Source: Halorutilales archaeon Cl-col2-1
Lineage (GTDB): Archaea > Halobacteriota > Halobacteria > Halobacteriales > Afararchaeaceae
DNA: 64,000 nucleotides
Assembly (NCBI GenBank): GCA_041891055.1
Contig: CP169074.1
Coordinates: 160,001-224,000 of the forward strand
Direction of reading: 5' to 3'
A program made the position numbers and the translations under genes. Within the stretch, counting starts at the first letter, position 1; every line of letters begins with the position of its first letter. Positions 47,907-60,148 of the stretch are shown here, piece by piece. The notes beneath the pieces are model-generated. The model was not told where the DNA came from and made no database searches. It was given only the letters and a program-made list of their open reading frames with translations.

Positions 47907-48469
47907 TGAGGGTCACCTCCAGTCCAACTTCCAGTCGCGTCTGAGCCATCGGTGGAGATGTACTCTATCCAGTCGGCGTCTGCTACTCCTGTCCTCGACT
48001 CATGTTTCTCGACTGCCTCGGCTGCTTCTTCGACAGTCTCCCCCACAGTCTTGTCTGTCGTATCTATCTCATAGACGTTTTCGTCCCCCTGTTTCTCGAC
48101 AGCCTCAGCGAGAACGACGTCGAGAGCCTCCGACTCGGCGTTCTCACGTACCTTGTCGTCGTCGTACCCCCTTTCAGAGAGACGGTCTTCGAGGACGTCG
48201 GGTCTGCATCTCAGGACTACGGTGTGGCCGACGTCCACGAGATGCGAGAGATGTCCCTCGATGAGGATGTCGTCCTCCGAGTCGAGTTCGTCGCGTACAG
48301 CATCTATGTCGACCTCGGGAACACCGTACTCGTCGTCGTAGCCCTCTGTGAAGACCGACTCCTCCGCGAGACGGCTGAGATCCACGACTTCTAAGCCAAG
48401 TCTCTCTGCGAGGTGTTCGGCGACTGTCGTCTTGCCGGTTCCGGGTGTCCCGGTGAGGGCTACGCGCAT
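47903..48469 (-). CDS. adenylate kinase AK6/Fap7 family
   Basis: TGTPGTGKTT, EGHLSH, RGY..KVRENAESE. Confidence 0.92.
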   Translation of the reverse strand: MRVALTGTPGTGKTTVAEHLAERLGLEVVDLSRLAEESVFTEGYDDEYGVPEVDIDAVRDELDSEDDILIEGHLSHLVDVGHTVVLRCRPDVLEDRLSERGYDDDKVRENAESEALDVVLAEAVEKQGDENVYEIDTTDKTVGETVEEAAEAVEKHESRTGVADADWIEYISTDGSDATGSWTGGDPQ

Positions 48470-49542
48470 ACTGCGTTTATCTGTCTGACGGCACGTCTTG
48501 TCTCGTCCTCTGTCCCGACAGAGACACGTATACAGCCCGGGAGTCCGAAGCTCGTTGTGTCTCTCACGATTATACCTCTCTTCTCAAGCTCCTCAGCGAC
48601 CTCTGACGCCGACATACCCGACGGTTCAACGTCGACGAGTACGAAGTTAGCCTCCGACTCGAACGTGGGGAGATCGATCTCAGACGAGAGGTGATCACGT
48701 CCCCAGTCTACGAGTTCGAGAGTCTCGTCTAGGTGATCGTCGTCATCGAGAGCACCTAGTGCGCCGTGTAGCGACAGGTTGCCGACCGAGAAAGGTGTCT
48801 TGACCTTCCTGTACGCAGTGGCGAGCCAGTCGGGTACTACGCCGTATCCGACACGGAGTCCTGCGAGTCCGAACGCCTTCGAGAAGGTGCGTGCGACTGC
48901 TACGTCGTCCCTCTTGACAGCCTCAGGCGCGAAAGACGGTGAATCGGAGAACTCACCGTAAGCCTCGTCGACGAAGACGAGTCCATCGACTTCATCTGCT
49001 ATCTCGACGATATCGTCGTTACTCAGGGTTGTCCCCGTCGGGTTGTTGGGCGTCGTGAGATAGACTATCTTCTCGTCCGAGTAGGCGTCGAGAACAGTCT
49101 CGGGGGTCATCTCGAAGCCGTCTTTCTTCGAGAGAGAGAAACTCGACTCGTTGCCTCCGAGATACCTCGCTGACATTCCGTAGTAGGAGAATCCGGGCGA
49201 CGGCGTGAGTACGGAGTCGCCGTCCTCTATGACCGCACGTCCCACGGTGTCGAAGACTCCGTCAGCACCCGCTCCCAAGACTACGTTGCCCTCGGGGACT
49301 CCGACGTAGTCGGCGACTCTTTCTCTCAAGGTCTCGTTGAGTGCCGTGGGGTAGATATTCGCGCCGTCGAGGTTCTGTTGTATCCTCTCGACAGCTGCAT
49401 CAGGGGGACCTAAGGGATTCTCGTTCGAGGCTAGCTTAGCCATCTCGTCGGGCGATAGACCGTGTTCGAAGGCGACCTCGTCTATCCCTTTCCCCGGGAC
49501 GTACTCGTCGAATCCGGAAAGATCCTTCAGAAGATCGCTCAT
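48460..49542 (-). CDS. hisC: histidinol-phosphate aminotransferase
   Basis: KLASNENPLG, PNNPTG, DEAYGEF, RTFSKAFGLAGLRVGY. Confidence 0.94.
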   Translation of the reverse strand: MSDLLKDLSGFDEYVPGKGIDEVAFEHGLSPDEMAKLASNENPLGPPDAAVERIQQNLDGANIYPTALNETLRERVADYVGVPEGNVVLGAGADGVFDTVGRAVIEDGDSVLTPSPGFSYYGMSARYLGGNESSFSLSKKDGFEMTPETVLDAYSDEKIVYLTTPNNPTGTTLSNDDIVEIADEVDGLVFVDEAYGEFSDSPSFAPEAVKRDDVAVARTFSKAFGLAGLRVGYGVVPDWLATAYRKVKTPFSVGNLSLHGALGALDDDDHLDETLELVDWGRDHLSSEIDLPTFESEANFVLVDVEPSGMSASEVAEELEKRGIIVRDTTSFGLPGCIRVSVGTEDETRRAVRQINAVCA

Positions 49543-49644
49543 TACTCGACTGTATCCGCGTAACGTAATGAAGCTACCGCTCCCGAGTCGGGTTTTCGGT
49601 TCCCCATCAAAACCGTAATTAAGCAGTATGACGAAGTAAGCGTG

Positions 49645-50472
49645 ATGGCAGATGGAATAGCTAATCTAAACCAGGATCAGATCGACCGTTACTCACGTCA
49701 CATAATACTCGATCAGGTGGGCGCGGAGGGACAGGCGAAGCTCCTCAACTCACGCGTCCTCGTGATCGGTGCGGGAGGTCTCGGCGCTCCCGTGATACAG
49801 TACCTCGCCGCCGTCGGCGTCGGAACCATAGGTATAGTCGACGACGACGAGGTCGAGAGGTCGAATCTCCAGAGACAGGTTATACACGGCGACGACGACG
49901 TCGGTAGGCCCAAGGTCGACTCGGCAGAGGACTTCGTAGCGCGTCTCAACCCCGACGTCGAGGTCGAGAAGTACGAGACGAGGATAGACGAGAACAACAT
50001 AGACAACATAATAGAGAGCTTCGACTTCGTCATAGACGCCACCGACAACTTCGCGACGCGTTACCTCGTCAACGACGCGTGTACACTCGCAGACAAGCCC
50101 TTCTCACACGGCGCTATATTCAAGTTCGAGGGTCAGGTCACCTCGTTTACCGACCCTGAGGGACCGTGTTACAGATGCATGTTCCCAGAAGCGCCTCCCC
50201 CAGGCATGATGCCCAACTGCGCCGAGGCGGGAGTCATAGGTGTTCTTCCCGGGATCATAGGCGTCGTACAGGCGACAGAGGCTGTGAAGTACCTCCTCGA
50301 CATAGGGGACAGCCTCGACGGACGTATGATGTTCTACGACTCGACAGACATGTCGTTCGACGAGGTTGAGATACACAAGGATCCCAACTGTCCCGTCTGT
50401 TCGGAGTCACCCGATATAACAAGCGTGAAGGACGAGGAAGTAGAGTACAGTCACGCGTGCTCGATAAACTAA
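49645..50472 (+). CDS. ubaA: SAMP-activating E1-like enzyme (MoeB/ThiF family)
   Basis: RYSRH, GAGGLG, SNLQRQ, DATDNFATR, CYRC, C..AGVIG, CPVC. Confidence 0.93.
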   Translation: MADGIANLNQDQIDRYSRHIILDQVGAEGQAKLLNSRVLVIGAGGLGAPVIQYLAAVGVGTIGIVDDDEVERSNLQRQVIHGDDDVGRPKVDSAEDFVARLNPDVEVEKYETRIDENNIDNIIESFDFVIDATDNFATRYLVNDACTLADKPFSHGAIFKFEGQVTSFTDPEGPCYRCMFPEAPPPGMMPNCAEAGVIGVLPGIIGVVQATEAVKYLLDIGDSLDGRMMFYDSTDMSFDEVEIHKDPNCPVCSESPDITSVKDEEVEYSHACSIN

Positions 50473-50491
50473 AACTAAACGGTGAAGAAAC

Positions 50492-50752
50492 ATGGCTATA
50501 ACTGAACCCGACGACGGACGTTCGTACGGAATGGCAAAGGTGACCCACTGGGTCGACGAGGAAGATTTCCCGATCACCAAGGACGACTTGGAAGAACATG
50601 CCGACGAGGATCTGATGCTGAGCTACGAGGAGTCAGTCAGATTCGGCGACGTCCTCGAACGTGTCGACCAGACCGAGTTCGACGGCATCGTGGATATGTG
50701 GCAGTCGCTCGGAGACGTACTCAGACAGATAGATCCTGACAGAGTCGCGTAA
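50492..50752 (+). CDS. small acidic protein (DUF5789-like)
   Basis: FPITKDDL..H.D..L and DVLE pattern. Confidence 0.7.
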   Translation: MAITEPDDGRSYGMAKVTHWVDEEDFPITKDDLEEHADEDLMLSYEESVRFGDVLERVDQTEFDGIVDMWQSLGDVLRQIDPDRVA

Positions 50753-50756
50753 TCCA

Positions 50757-51332
50757 ATGGCTTCTGCTAAGAAGCACGGGAGTCTCGAAAGAAAGGCGTG
50801 GGGAGTCTCGTTAGTCGTATCTGTGGTCGCTGTCACCCTAATCGCGCTGTCGTCGCGGAGTATGCTTCCCGAGCCTCTCGTCCCGCCTGCGTCTGACTGG
50901 CTTGTCTCAACTATCCCGCACATAAATGCCGTACTCGTTCTCACCGCATTCGTGACCGTCGTACTCGGATACAGAGCTATCCAGGACGGACGTGTCTCCG
51001 ACCACGCGAGGTACATGATGGTCACGACGGTACTCTTCTTCGTATTCCTCGCCTTCTACCTCGTGCGTCTCGCCAACATTGGGACGACGGAGTTCGGCGG
51101 CTCGGAGTTCGTATACTCGTACGTATATCTGCCTTTCCTCGGTATACATATGCTCCTCGCTATAATCTGTATACCTCTCGTCCTCTACGCCGCAATAATC
51201 GGAGTCTCGCTCGATGTCTCCGAGATAAGGAAGACAGCACATCCCAGAGTCGGCAGGGTAGCCACTCCACTCTGGGCGGTAAGCTTCCTCTTCGGCTTCG
51301 TCGTCTACCTCATGCTACACCACATATTCTGA
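50757..51332 (+). CDS. DUF420 (CtaM-like) membrane protein
   Basis: PHINA, HARYM, FLAFY, IHMLLA, HPRVGR..W and VVYLM motifs. Confidence 0.88.
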   Translation: MASAKKHGSLERKAWGVSLVVSVVAVTLIALSSRSMLPEPLVPPASDWLVSTIPHINAVLVLTAFVTVVLGYRAIQDGRVSDHARYMMVTTVLFFVFLAFYLVRLANIGTTEFGGSEFVYSYVYLPFLGIHMLLAIICIPLVLYAAIIGVSLDVSEIRKTAHPRVGRVATPLWAVSFLFGFVVYLMLHHIF

Positions 51333-51475
51333 TCGCTGTCTCTCTGGGTTGGAAGAAGCGGTATCCTTAAGTCGGTTACAGCCCTATTTAACTTAGAGTA
51401 ATTCGAGACACGGCGTCGGATTCGTGCGAAAACAACTCAGTTGTTCAACTTAACAAAAAAGAGGGTTCTATATAG

Positions 51476-53389
<1,914 letters not shown>

Positions 53390-53397
53390 AGAAAAAC

Positions 53398-55923
53398 ATG
53401 TCAGAGACAGCACCAACAGAGTACGACTACCCTGAAGTAGACGCATCCGAGATAAAGAACGTTCCCGCTGAGAGGGAGATGGAACAGTCGTACATCGACT
53501 ACGCGATGTCGGTGATAGCGGGACGTGCTCTACCCGACGTACGTGACGGTCTCAAGCCCGTCCACCGCAGAATACTCTATGCGATGCACGGCGAGGGTAT
53601 CACGAGCCGTTCGGGTCACAGAAAGTCGTCGTCAGTAGTCGGAGAGACTATGGGTAACTTCCATCCCCACGGCGACTCGGCGATATACGACACACTCGTG
53701 AGGATGGCACAGGACTTCTCGATGCGTTACCCTCTCGTCGACGGACAGGGTAACTTCGGCTCGGTTGACGGAGACCCAGCCGCGGCGATGCGTTACACTG
53801 AGGCGAGGATGGCTCCGATAGCCGAGGAGCTACTGACTGACATAGACAAGGACACGGTCGACTGGGAGTCGAACTACGACGACAGATTAGAGGAGCCCGA
53901 GGTTCTCCCCGCGGCGTTCCCCAACCTACTCGTCAACGGCTCGTCGGGAATCGCAGTCGGTATGTCGACCAACATACCCCCCCACAACTTGGGCGAGATA
54001 GTCGACGCGACCGTCGAGCTAATAGACAATCCCGAGGCGTCGGTCGAGGATCTGATGGAACACGTCAGAGGTCCCGACTTCCCGACAGGGGGTAAGATAG
54101 TCGGCAAGTCGCCGATACGTTCGGCGTACAAGACAGGCAGGGGAAAGGTACGTCTCCGCGGCGAGATAGAGGTCGACGACGACGAACGCCGTATCGTTAT
54201 CACCGAGATACCGTACCAGGTCGACAAGTCGGATCTCGTCGAGAAGATAGCAGAGCTCGCCGATGAGGGGCGTATAGAGGGCGTCTCGGCTCTTAGAGAT
54301 GAGTCCGACAGGGACGGTATACGTGTAGTCGTCGACCTCAAGAGGAACGCAGTCGCCGAGGTCGTCAAGAACCAGCTTCTCGACAACACGCGTCTCGAAA
54401 CCACCTTCGGCATCATAAACCTCGCACTCGTCGACGGACAGCCACGTGTACTCGACCTCAAACAGACACTCGAAGAGTACATAGATCACAGGAAGGAGGT
54501 CGTGAGAAGACGATCTGAACACGACTTGGAGGAGGCGAAAGACCGCGCGCATATACTCGAAGGACGTCTCAGGGCGGTCGAGAACGCCGACGAGATCGTC
54601 GAGACTATACGTAACTCCGAGGACAGGGACGAGGCGAAGAACGAGATCGTCGAGAGAGGCTTCTCGGAGGAACAGGCAGACCACGTCGTACGTATGCAGT
54701 TAGGAAGCCTGACGTCGCTCGAAGCCGACGAGATAGAGTCGGAGTACTCCGGCGTACAGGACGACATAGACAGGCTCGAAGCCGTCCTCGCCGACGAGTC
54801 GGAGCTTATGAGCCTGATAAAGGAGGAGCTACTTGATATTAAGCGCGAGTACGCCGACGAGCGCAAGACACGTATAGAGACGGGGGAGGACGAGGTCACC
54901 GACGAGGATCTCATACCCGAGAGGGACGTATTCGTAGTTCTTACACGCGACGGATACGTCAAACGTATGAGTCCCGACGAGTTCGACACACAGAGAAGGG
55001 GAGGAAAGGGTATCATAGGCGCGAAGGTCAAGGAAGACGACGGGGTGGTTGAGGCGTTCACTGCGAACACACACGACTACCTCCTCGTCTTCACCGACTT
55101 AGGAAACGTCCACTGGCTCAAGACCTACCAGATACCCGAGATGAGCCGAACCGCGAGAGGTCGGAGCATAGTCAACCTTCTCGAACTCGAAGACGGAGAG
55201 AACGTCACAGCGGTTGAGTCGGTCGAGGTCTTCGAAGACGACGACGCGAGTCTGTGTACTGTCACGCGTCAGGGACGTATAAAGAGGACGTCGCTCGAAG
55301 CCTTCTCTAACCCCCGCACGGGAGGCATAATAGCCGCCGACCTCGAAGGAGGCGACGTCGTAGTCGATACCTGTGTGACTGACCCCGACGTCGACGAGAG
55401 GATCGTCGTCGAGACTAGAGACGGAATGGTGATCTGTTTCGACGAGGAGGAAGTCAGAGAAATGGGCAGGAACGCACGCGGAGTTAAAGCTGTAGATCTA
55501 CAGGACGGCGACGAGGTCGTGGCGGTCTTCACGTCGGAGACCGACTGGGACGACGAGATACTCACGGTTACGACCGACGGATACGCCAAACGCACGCCAC
55601 AGCCCGAGTACCGGTGTCAGAGCCGAGGTGGAAAAGGGCTCATAGACATAGATATAGACGTAGACGCAGACGACGATGCCGATGACGGTGAAGCGCGGAA
55701 AGGGGTCACCGCGTCGTACAAGATCAAGGGCAACGAGGGGGTGGTAGCCGTCTCGGAAGAGGGTCAGGTTCTACGTACCACAGCTGAGGAGGTCTCCGAG
55801 GTCGGGAGGAACACACAGGGAGTCATACTCATGCGTCTCGAAGACGACGACCAGGTCGCTTCAGTCTGTCTCATAGAGGACGAAGATAACGAGGACAATG
55901 ACGCCGCAGAAATAGACGGCTGA
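53398..55923 (+). CDS. gyrA: DNA gyrase subunit A
   Basis: [26 protein letters not shown], GyrA box QRRGGKG; start at ATG 53398. Confidence 0.98.
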   Translation: MSETAPTEYDYPEVDASEIKNVPAEREMEQSYIDYAMSVIAGRALPDVRDGLKPVHRRILYAMHGEGITSRSGHRKSSSVVGETMGNFHPHGDSAIYDTLVRMAQDFSMRYPLVDGQGNFGSVDGDPAAAMRYTEARMAPIAEELLTDIDKDTVDWESNYDDRLEEPEVLPAAFPNLLVNGSSGIAVGMSTNIPPHNLGEIVDATVELIDNPEASVEDLMEHVRGPDFPTGGKIVGKSPIRSAYKTGRGKVRLRGEIEVDDDERRIVITEIPYQVDKSDLVEKIAELADEGRIEGVSALRDESDRDGIRVVVDLKRNAVAEVVKNQLLDNTRLETTFGIINLALVDGQPRVLDLKQTLEEYIDHRKEVVRRRSEHDLEEAKDRAHILEGRLRAVENADEIVETIRNSEDRDEAKNEIVERGFSEEQADHVVRMQLGSLTSLEADEIESEYSGVQDDIDRLEAVLADESELMSLIKEELLDIKREYADERKTRIETGEDEVTDEDLIPERDVFVVLTRDGYVKRMSPDEFDTQRRGGKGIIGAKVKEDDGVVEAFTANTHDYLLVFTDLGNVHWLKTYQIPEMSRTARGRSIVNLLELEDGENVTAVESVEVFEDDDASLCTVTRQGRIKRTSLEAFSNPRTGGIIAADLEGGDVVVDTCVTDPDVDERIVVETRDGMVICFDEEEVREMGRNARGVKAVDLQDGDEVVAVFTSETDWDDEILTVTTDGYAKRTPQPEYRCQSRGGKGLIDIDIDVDADDDADDGEARKGVTASYKIKGNEGVVAVSEEGQVLRTTAEEVSEVGRNTQGVILMRLEDDDQVASVCLIEDEDNEDNDAAEIDG

Positions 55924-55934
55924 GACAAGACATA

Positions 55935-56348
55935 ATGGATTCCGAAGGAGTCGGAAAGACAGCTACTTACCTAAGTCTCGTAGTCCCGTGGGTCTACTAC
56001 TCGTACGGGACAGGCTACGCCGTTGTCTTCTCGTTCTTCTCGACCAACTCCTTCCGGAACTTCACCGACATATATAGCTACACGTTCGAGTACACGCACG
56101 GTAGCTTCTCGTCAGGATTCCTCTTCTGGCACGTTTCACTCATCCTCGCAGTCGCGTCCGCAGTCTCGGTGTCGAGACGGAGATACAGGATAGGTAGCGT
56201 ACTCATGGTGCTCGGCGGCGTCTCTGTCTTCCGCTTCAGCCTCGCATTCGCCGACTCGGTCTCGTACGTCGTTCCCTTCGGATCAGTCTGGATGTTCGTG
56301 ACTGGTGTTCTCCTTCGTCAGATCAGACGTACGAGTAAGCCGTCCTGA
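55935..56348 (+). CDS. membrane protein
   Basis: Several TM segments; 11 nt after gyrA. Confidence 0.7.
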   Translation: MDSEGVGKTATYLSLVVPWVYYSYGTGYAVVFSFFSTNSFRNFTDIYSYTFEYTHGSFSSGFLFWHVSLILAVASAVSVSRRRYRIGSVLMVLGGVSVFRFSLAFADSVSYVVPFGSVWMFVTGVLLRQIRRTSKPS

Positions 56349-56550
56349 CAGCCTGCCGGTACGCCGTCGAACTCTCGACGAGTGAGAGGGCTCTTCTGAG
56401 ATACGGCTCCGCAGAAGCGAAGACTGCGACCGCTAGGAGGACAAGTCCGACAAAGAAGAGAGCCCCTACTATGCCCAAGACGATGGATCTGAGAGCCCTA
56501 CTCAGGTCTATGTCCGCGCTCGGTCTCAGGCGGTCTGTGTTGAGTGCCAT
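56323..56550 (-). CDS. small membrane protein
   Basis: Single long TM followed by EPYLRR. Confidence 0.55.
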   Translation of the reverse strand: MALNTDRLRPSADIDLSRALRSIVLGIVGALFFVGLVLLAVAVFASAEPYLRRALSLVESSTAYRQAVRTAYSYV

Positions 56551-56651
56551 AAAGGGAGTTACCGTCCGAGTCTCAAGTAACTATCTGTGACACACGTCAT
56601 ACGCACAGAGAAAGATACATTTAAGTAGTATGTCAACACTCATCACGCAGT

Positions 56652-57092
56652 ATGGGACTCGTAGTAGCACAGGCACAGATGCTTCCGGTGGGAGCCGACA
56701 CGTTTAAGATAGGTCTCCTCGTCCTCGCGCTCCTGTCTACTGTGACGGGACTTTTCGGATTCTGGAGGCTGGAGAGTGAGTACGAGGAGTCGGGTGAGGT
56801 GTCACGCCAACCCCTCCATATACTCTTCAATATCCTCACCGTTGTGGGGGGAGTACTCCTGATAGTCAACCATCCGTCGACCGACGCGGGATGGATATTC
56901 ACGATGTTCGCCACGGCGGCTTTCGTGAGTGGTATATTCACGTACAGGTCGATGCAGATACAGATGGACAGGGGGGACGACGAGATAGACAAGCCCTCGA
57001 TGCATCTCGCAGCGGGGCTTTTCCTCGTGATGTACGCCGCGTACATGTCGCTCTGGCACATGGTGGGAATAGGCGGTCTGATCTTTGGTTAG
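56652..57092 (+). CDS. 4-TM membrane protein with internal two-fold repeat and His residues
   Basis: Four TM segments; QPLH and KPSMH at equivalent positions; TTTAAG TATA upstream. Confidence 0.75.
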   Translation: MGLVVAQAQMLPVGADTFKIGLLVLALLSTVTGLFGFWRLESEYEESGEVSRQPLHILFNILTVVGGVLLIVNHPSTDAGWIFTMFATAAFVSGIFTYRSMQIQMDRGDDEIDKPSMHLAAGLFLVMYAAYMSLWHMVGIGGLIFG

Positions 57093-57142
57093 CCGAACCC
57101 GCGCCCCTCTTTTTAATAAGCTGTACGGAGTAGTAGTCGAGG

Positions 57143-58006
57143 ATGTCAGGATCAGAGTACACTATCGAGAGAGCCAATGAGTCGGGTCTGAGAGAGGTTG
57201 TACGTCTCCGTCCTCATCTTCTCGGAGACACTGCTTATGTCAGATGGGAGACTAAGGAAGACTCGGGTCAGCGAGCCAGCCTCGACTTCGGGAGGAACCA
57301 CGTCGTCCTCCGCGAGCCAGCCTCGGTTCTAGGACACGAAGACGTGGTGAGGATCGAGGTTGACGAAGATACGGCGACACGGCTTAGGGACGAGATCGAC
57401 TCGATCGAAGACGAAGCCGAGCCAACTTCGTCAGACAGCCTGAAGTTCGAGGTCGCCGTACACGACTACACCGTAGACGGTGTCGTGACGCGGAAGAAGG
57501 TTCTGGAGCCCCTCGATGTCCCTGAGACCGAGGACGAACATGACACGATAGAGGTATTACGTGAGGTAGTCGGCTGTCACGGCGAGCCGTGTAACACCCC
57601 TGACTGTTTCTTAGACGCCGAGGTTGGCGAGATACTCAGCATCGATGAGGTCTGGGACGCTTTCGAGAACGACTACCCAGACGACATAAAGAGAGCGAGG
57701 AGGAGACTAGAGAAGGAGAGAAGACGTGAGGAGAGGAAACGTCTGAGGGAGTCGATGTCGATGGAGGTCAAGGACAAAGGAGACAGAGGAGAGGGTGACC
57801 GACACTCGTTCTACGCCGTGATACACGTAACCGACGACGAGACGGGAGAGGAGGGCGAGTTCGAGGCTGTCAACACGGTTGACGTCGGCTACTCGGTCGA
57901 GACACTTGACGACGTCTCCGAGGAGTTCGAGGAGAAGGCGACCGAGTACATAGAGGAGTTCTCGCCGGTTCCGACACATTTCCGTATGTCACAGGGCGAG
58001 TCTTAG
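57143..58006 (+). CDS. hypothetical acidic protein (287 aa)
   Basis: Long ORF with host codon usage, a CH..C..C cluster and a charged helix. Confidence 0.8.
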   Translation: MSGSEYTIERANESGLREVVRLRPHLLGDTAYVRWETKEDSGQRASLDFGRNHVVLREPASVLGHEDVVRIEVDEDTATRLRDEIDSIEDEAEPTSSDSLKFEVAVHDYTVDGVVTRKKVLEPLDVPETEDEHDTIEVLREVVGCHGEPCNTPDCFLDAEVGEILSIDEVWDAFENDYPDDIKRARRRLEKERRREERKRLRESMSMEVKDKGDRGEGDRHSFYAVIHVTDDETGEEGEFEAVNTVDVGYSVETLDDVSEEFEEKATEYIEEFSPVPTHFRMSQGES

Positions 58007-58061
58007 ACTCTTAGAGTCTTAGGCTCGCAAAAGTTAAACTAGTGTCAGACGTAGTCGTCGT

Positions 58062-58769
58062 ATGGACGTGATTCCCGCGGTAGACATGAAGGACGGAGAC
58101 TGTGTCCAGCTAGTCCAGGGTGAGGAGGGAACCGAGAAGACCTACGGCGACCCCGTCGAGGCGGCTCAGACTTGGGTTGACGCGGGAGCCGAGACTCTCC
58201 ACATAGTCGATCTCGACGGTGCGATACACGGCGAGAGGAAGAACGCCGAGAAGGTCGGACGTATAATAGACGAGACCTCCGTCGAAGTACAGGTCGGCGG
58301 AGGAATCCGGAGCGTCGACGACGCTAAGTCCTTCTTCGATGCGGGGGCAGAACGCGTCATAATGGGGACGGCGGCGGTCGAGAATCCCAGGATAGTCGAG
58401 GACGTGAGCCAGCACGGCGACGTCATGGTATCTCTCGACTCGAAGAATGACGAGGTCGTAGTCGAGGGGTGGCAGGAGGGCTCGGGTCTGAGTCCCGTCG
58501 ACCTTGCGTCAAAGTTCGAGGAGACCGGCGCCGAGTCGATACTCTACACCGACGTCGACAGGGAGGGTCTATTAGACGGGGTTGAGACATCCACAGTGTC
58601 GCGGATCGTCGAGGAGGTGTCTATACCCGTCGTGGCGAGCGGCGGCGTTTCGAGCCCCGAGGACGTCGAAGCAGTCAGGGACGCGGGTGCTGACGGCGTC
58701 GTTATAGGAACCGCGCTCTACGAGGGACGTATGAGTCTTCAGGAAGCGAAGGAGGCAGCGAGACAGTAA
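58062..58769 (+). CDS. hisA: ProFAR isomerase HisA
   Basis: IPAVD, VDLDGA, QVGGGIRS, YTDVDREG, ASGGV. Confidence 0.97.
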   Translation: MDVIPAVDMKDGDCVQLVQGEEGTEKTYGDPVEAAQTWVDAGAETLHIVDLDGAIHGERKNAEKVGRIIDETSVEVQVGGGIRSVDDAKSFFDAGAERVIMGTAAVENPRIVEDVSQHGDVMVSLDSKNDEVVVEGWQEGSGLSPVDLASKFEETGAESILYTDVDREGLLDGVETSTVSRIVEEVSIPVVASGGVSSPEDVEAVRDAGADGVVIGTALYEGRMSLQEAKEAARQ

Positions 58770-58915
58770 GCTACCACGCCCTAAAGGGCGTGGCATTCAA
58801 CGTGGACTCCGGCTCTAACCTGTAGCGGTAGGTGAATATTCACCGTTCGCCTTCAACGTCCCGTTGTTCAAGCGCATGCCTACGGGTGCGCCTCCGCCGG
58901 TCGCTTTCTTGCTCC
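58746..58915 (-). ncRNA. predicted omegaRNA/sotRNA of element #1 (5' limit approximate); guide is antisense to the hisA 3' end
   Basis: 3' region conserved with element #2 (GTTGAA..GCGAACGG..CCTACC..GGAGTCCAC, then hairpin). Established TnpB architecture places the guide just beyond the right end. Confidence 0.65.
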
Positions 58916-60047
58916 GGCGGAGATACTTCATACCGACGTTCTTCGCCGCGTTGTAGTCTGCATGGTTCTCATACCCGCACTTCCGGCACTTGAACTTAGA
59001 ACCACTCCTGTTCTGCGGATGGGTGAACCCACACTTAGAACAACGCTGTGACGTATGCTCTGGGTTCTCTTGGGTAACTCGGACTCCGCGTTCCTCGGCT
59101 TTGTACTCTACATACTGATACAGACGGCGATACGCCCAGTCGTGCCAACGGTTCAGGTCATCACGTATCCGCTCTAAGTCTTCCATAGCTATAATGCTAC
59201 AGCCGTTCTCGACGGCTTCCTCAACTATCTCTTTAGCTACTCGGTGGAGGTGGTTCTTGAACCGTCCAGATTCCTTCTCACCGACACATTGGATGTTTTC
59301 GTGGGCGTAACGAGAACCATGTTCCTGCAACGACTTACGGCGTTTCTCGTACTCTCTCCGCCAATGGTTTAAGTACTCTATGCTCCAGTACGCTCCTGTC
59401 GAAGAGACGGCGAGACTACCCCGTGTGTTTAGGTCAACACCGAGAACCGTTCGCAAATCTTCGATTTGCGAGCCATCGAAGCTCCCGCTTCGAGACGTTC
59501 CGTTCTCGGTTTCCTCCGACTCTATCTCTTTTTTGACGCCTATATGGAGGTAGTATCTCCCGTCGCGGTAATGGAGCGTGGCACTCGTTTTCTCCCAGTC
59601 GTCCTGTAGGTACTCTGTCTGAGGATTGTCGTCACCGTCAGGTAAGACGTACTCGGCTTCCACACGACAGTTTACCGTAGAGAGGGTACACGAACCGTCC
59701 TTGTAGGTTACAGTCCGTGCGTCGTAACGGACGACATTCGACGTGAACTGTGGCTTACTCGTCCTCTCTCCGTTCTTCAACCGTTCCACGCAACCTTTCA
59801 ACGCTTCAGCCGCGAGGTTACGTGCCGCTTGTACGTGGTTCGCCGGTAGGTCTGTGGAAGCTCTTACGTCTTCGTAGGTCAGTTCGTGGAGTTGAGACTT
59901 AGACGTAACCACGTATTCGTCGGCGTGCCACGCTACGTCGGCTACGTACTGGCACGCCTTTTTGAACTGGTAGAACGTCTCCTTGAGGTCTTCGTGACGT
60001 TCTTCGGGTACGTCTAACTTTACCTGTACGGTGCGACGTATCTCCAC
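58815..60047 (-). CDS. tnpB: RNA-guided endonuclease TnpB
   Basis: RuvC GVDL, MEDL and HADYNAAKN motifs intact; CSKC/CRKC zinc ribbon. Confidence 0.95.
   Translation of the reverse strand: MEIRRTVQVKLDVPEERHEDLKETFYQFKKACQYVADVAWHADEYVVTSKSQLHELTYEDVRASTDLPANHVQAARNLAAEALKGCVERLKNGERTSKPQFTSNVVRYDARTVTYKDGSCTLSTVNCRVEAEYVLPDGDDNPQTEYLQDDWEKTSATLHYRDGRYYLHIGVKKEIESEETENGTSRSGSFDGSQIEDLRTVLGVDLNTRGSLAVSSTGAYWSIEYLNHWRREYEKRRKSLQEHGSRYAHENIQCVGEKESGRFKNHLHRVAKEIVEEAVENGCSIIAMEDLERIRDDLNRWHDWAYRRLYQYVEYKAEERGVRVTQENPEHTSQRCSKCGFTHPQNRSGSKFKCRKCGYENHADYNAAKNVGMKYLRRSKKATGGGAPVGMRLNNGTLKANGEYSPTATG
59448..59495 (-). repeat. 48-bp twin-hairpin insertion, in frame within tnpB
   Basis: Minus strand TCTCGAAGC-GGGA-GCTTCGA-TGG-CTCGCAAATC-GAA-GATTTGCG-AACG with GAACG duplicated; adds SRSGSFDGSQIEDLRT. 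Confidence 0.8.
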
Positions 60048-60148
60048 AGTTCATATATAGGGGTATATATTTATATGCTTAGTGGTTAGAGTTAAGTTGA
60101 CGAGAGTCCAAGACGGTCTATGGAACAAGTTAGCTCAGTAGCACGACG

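Noticed and set aside
51430-51444. AACAAC-TCA-GTTGTT palindrome upstream of gyrB
   Set aside because: Single short instance with no supporting copy; cannot be distinguished from chance.
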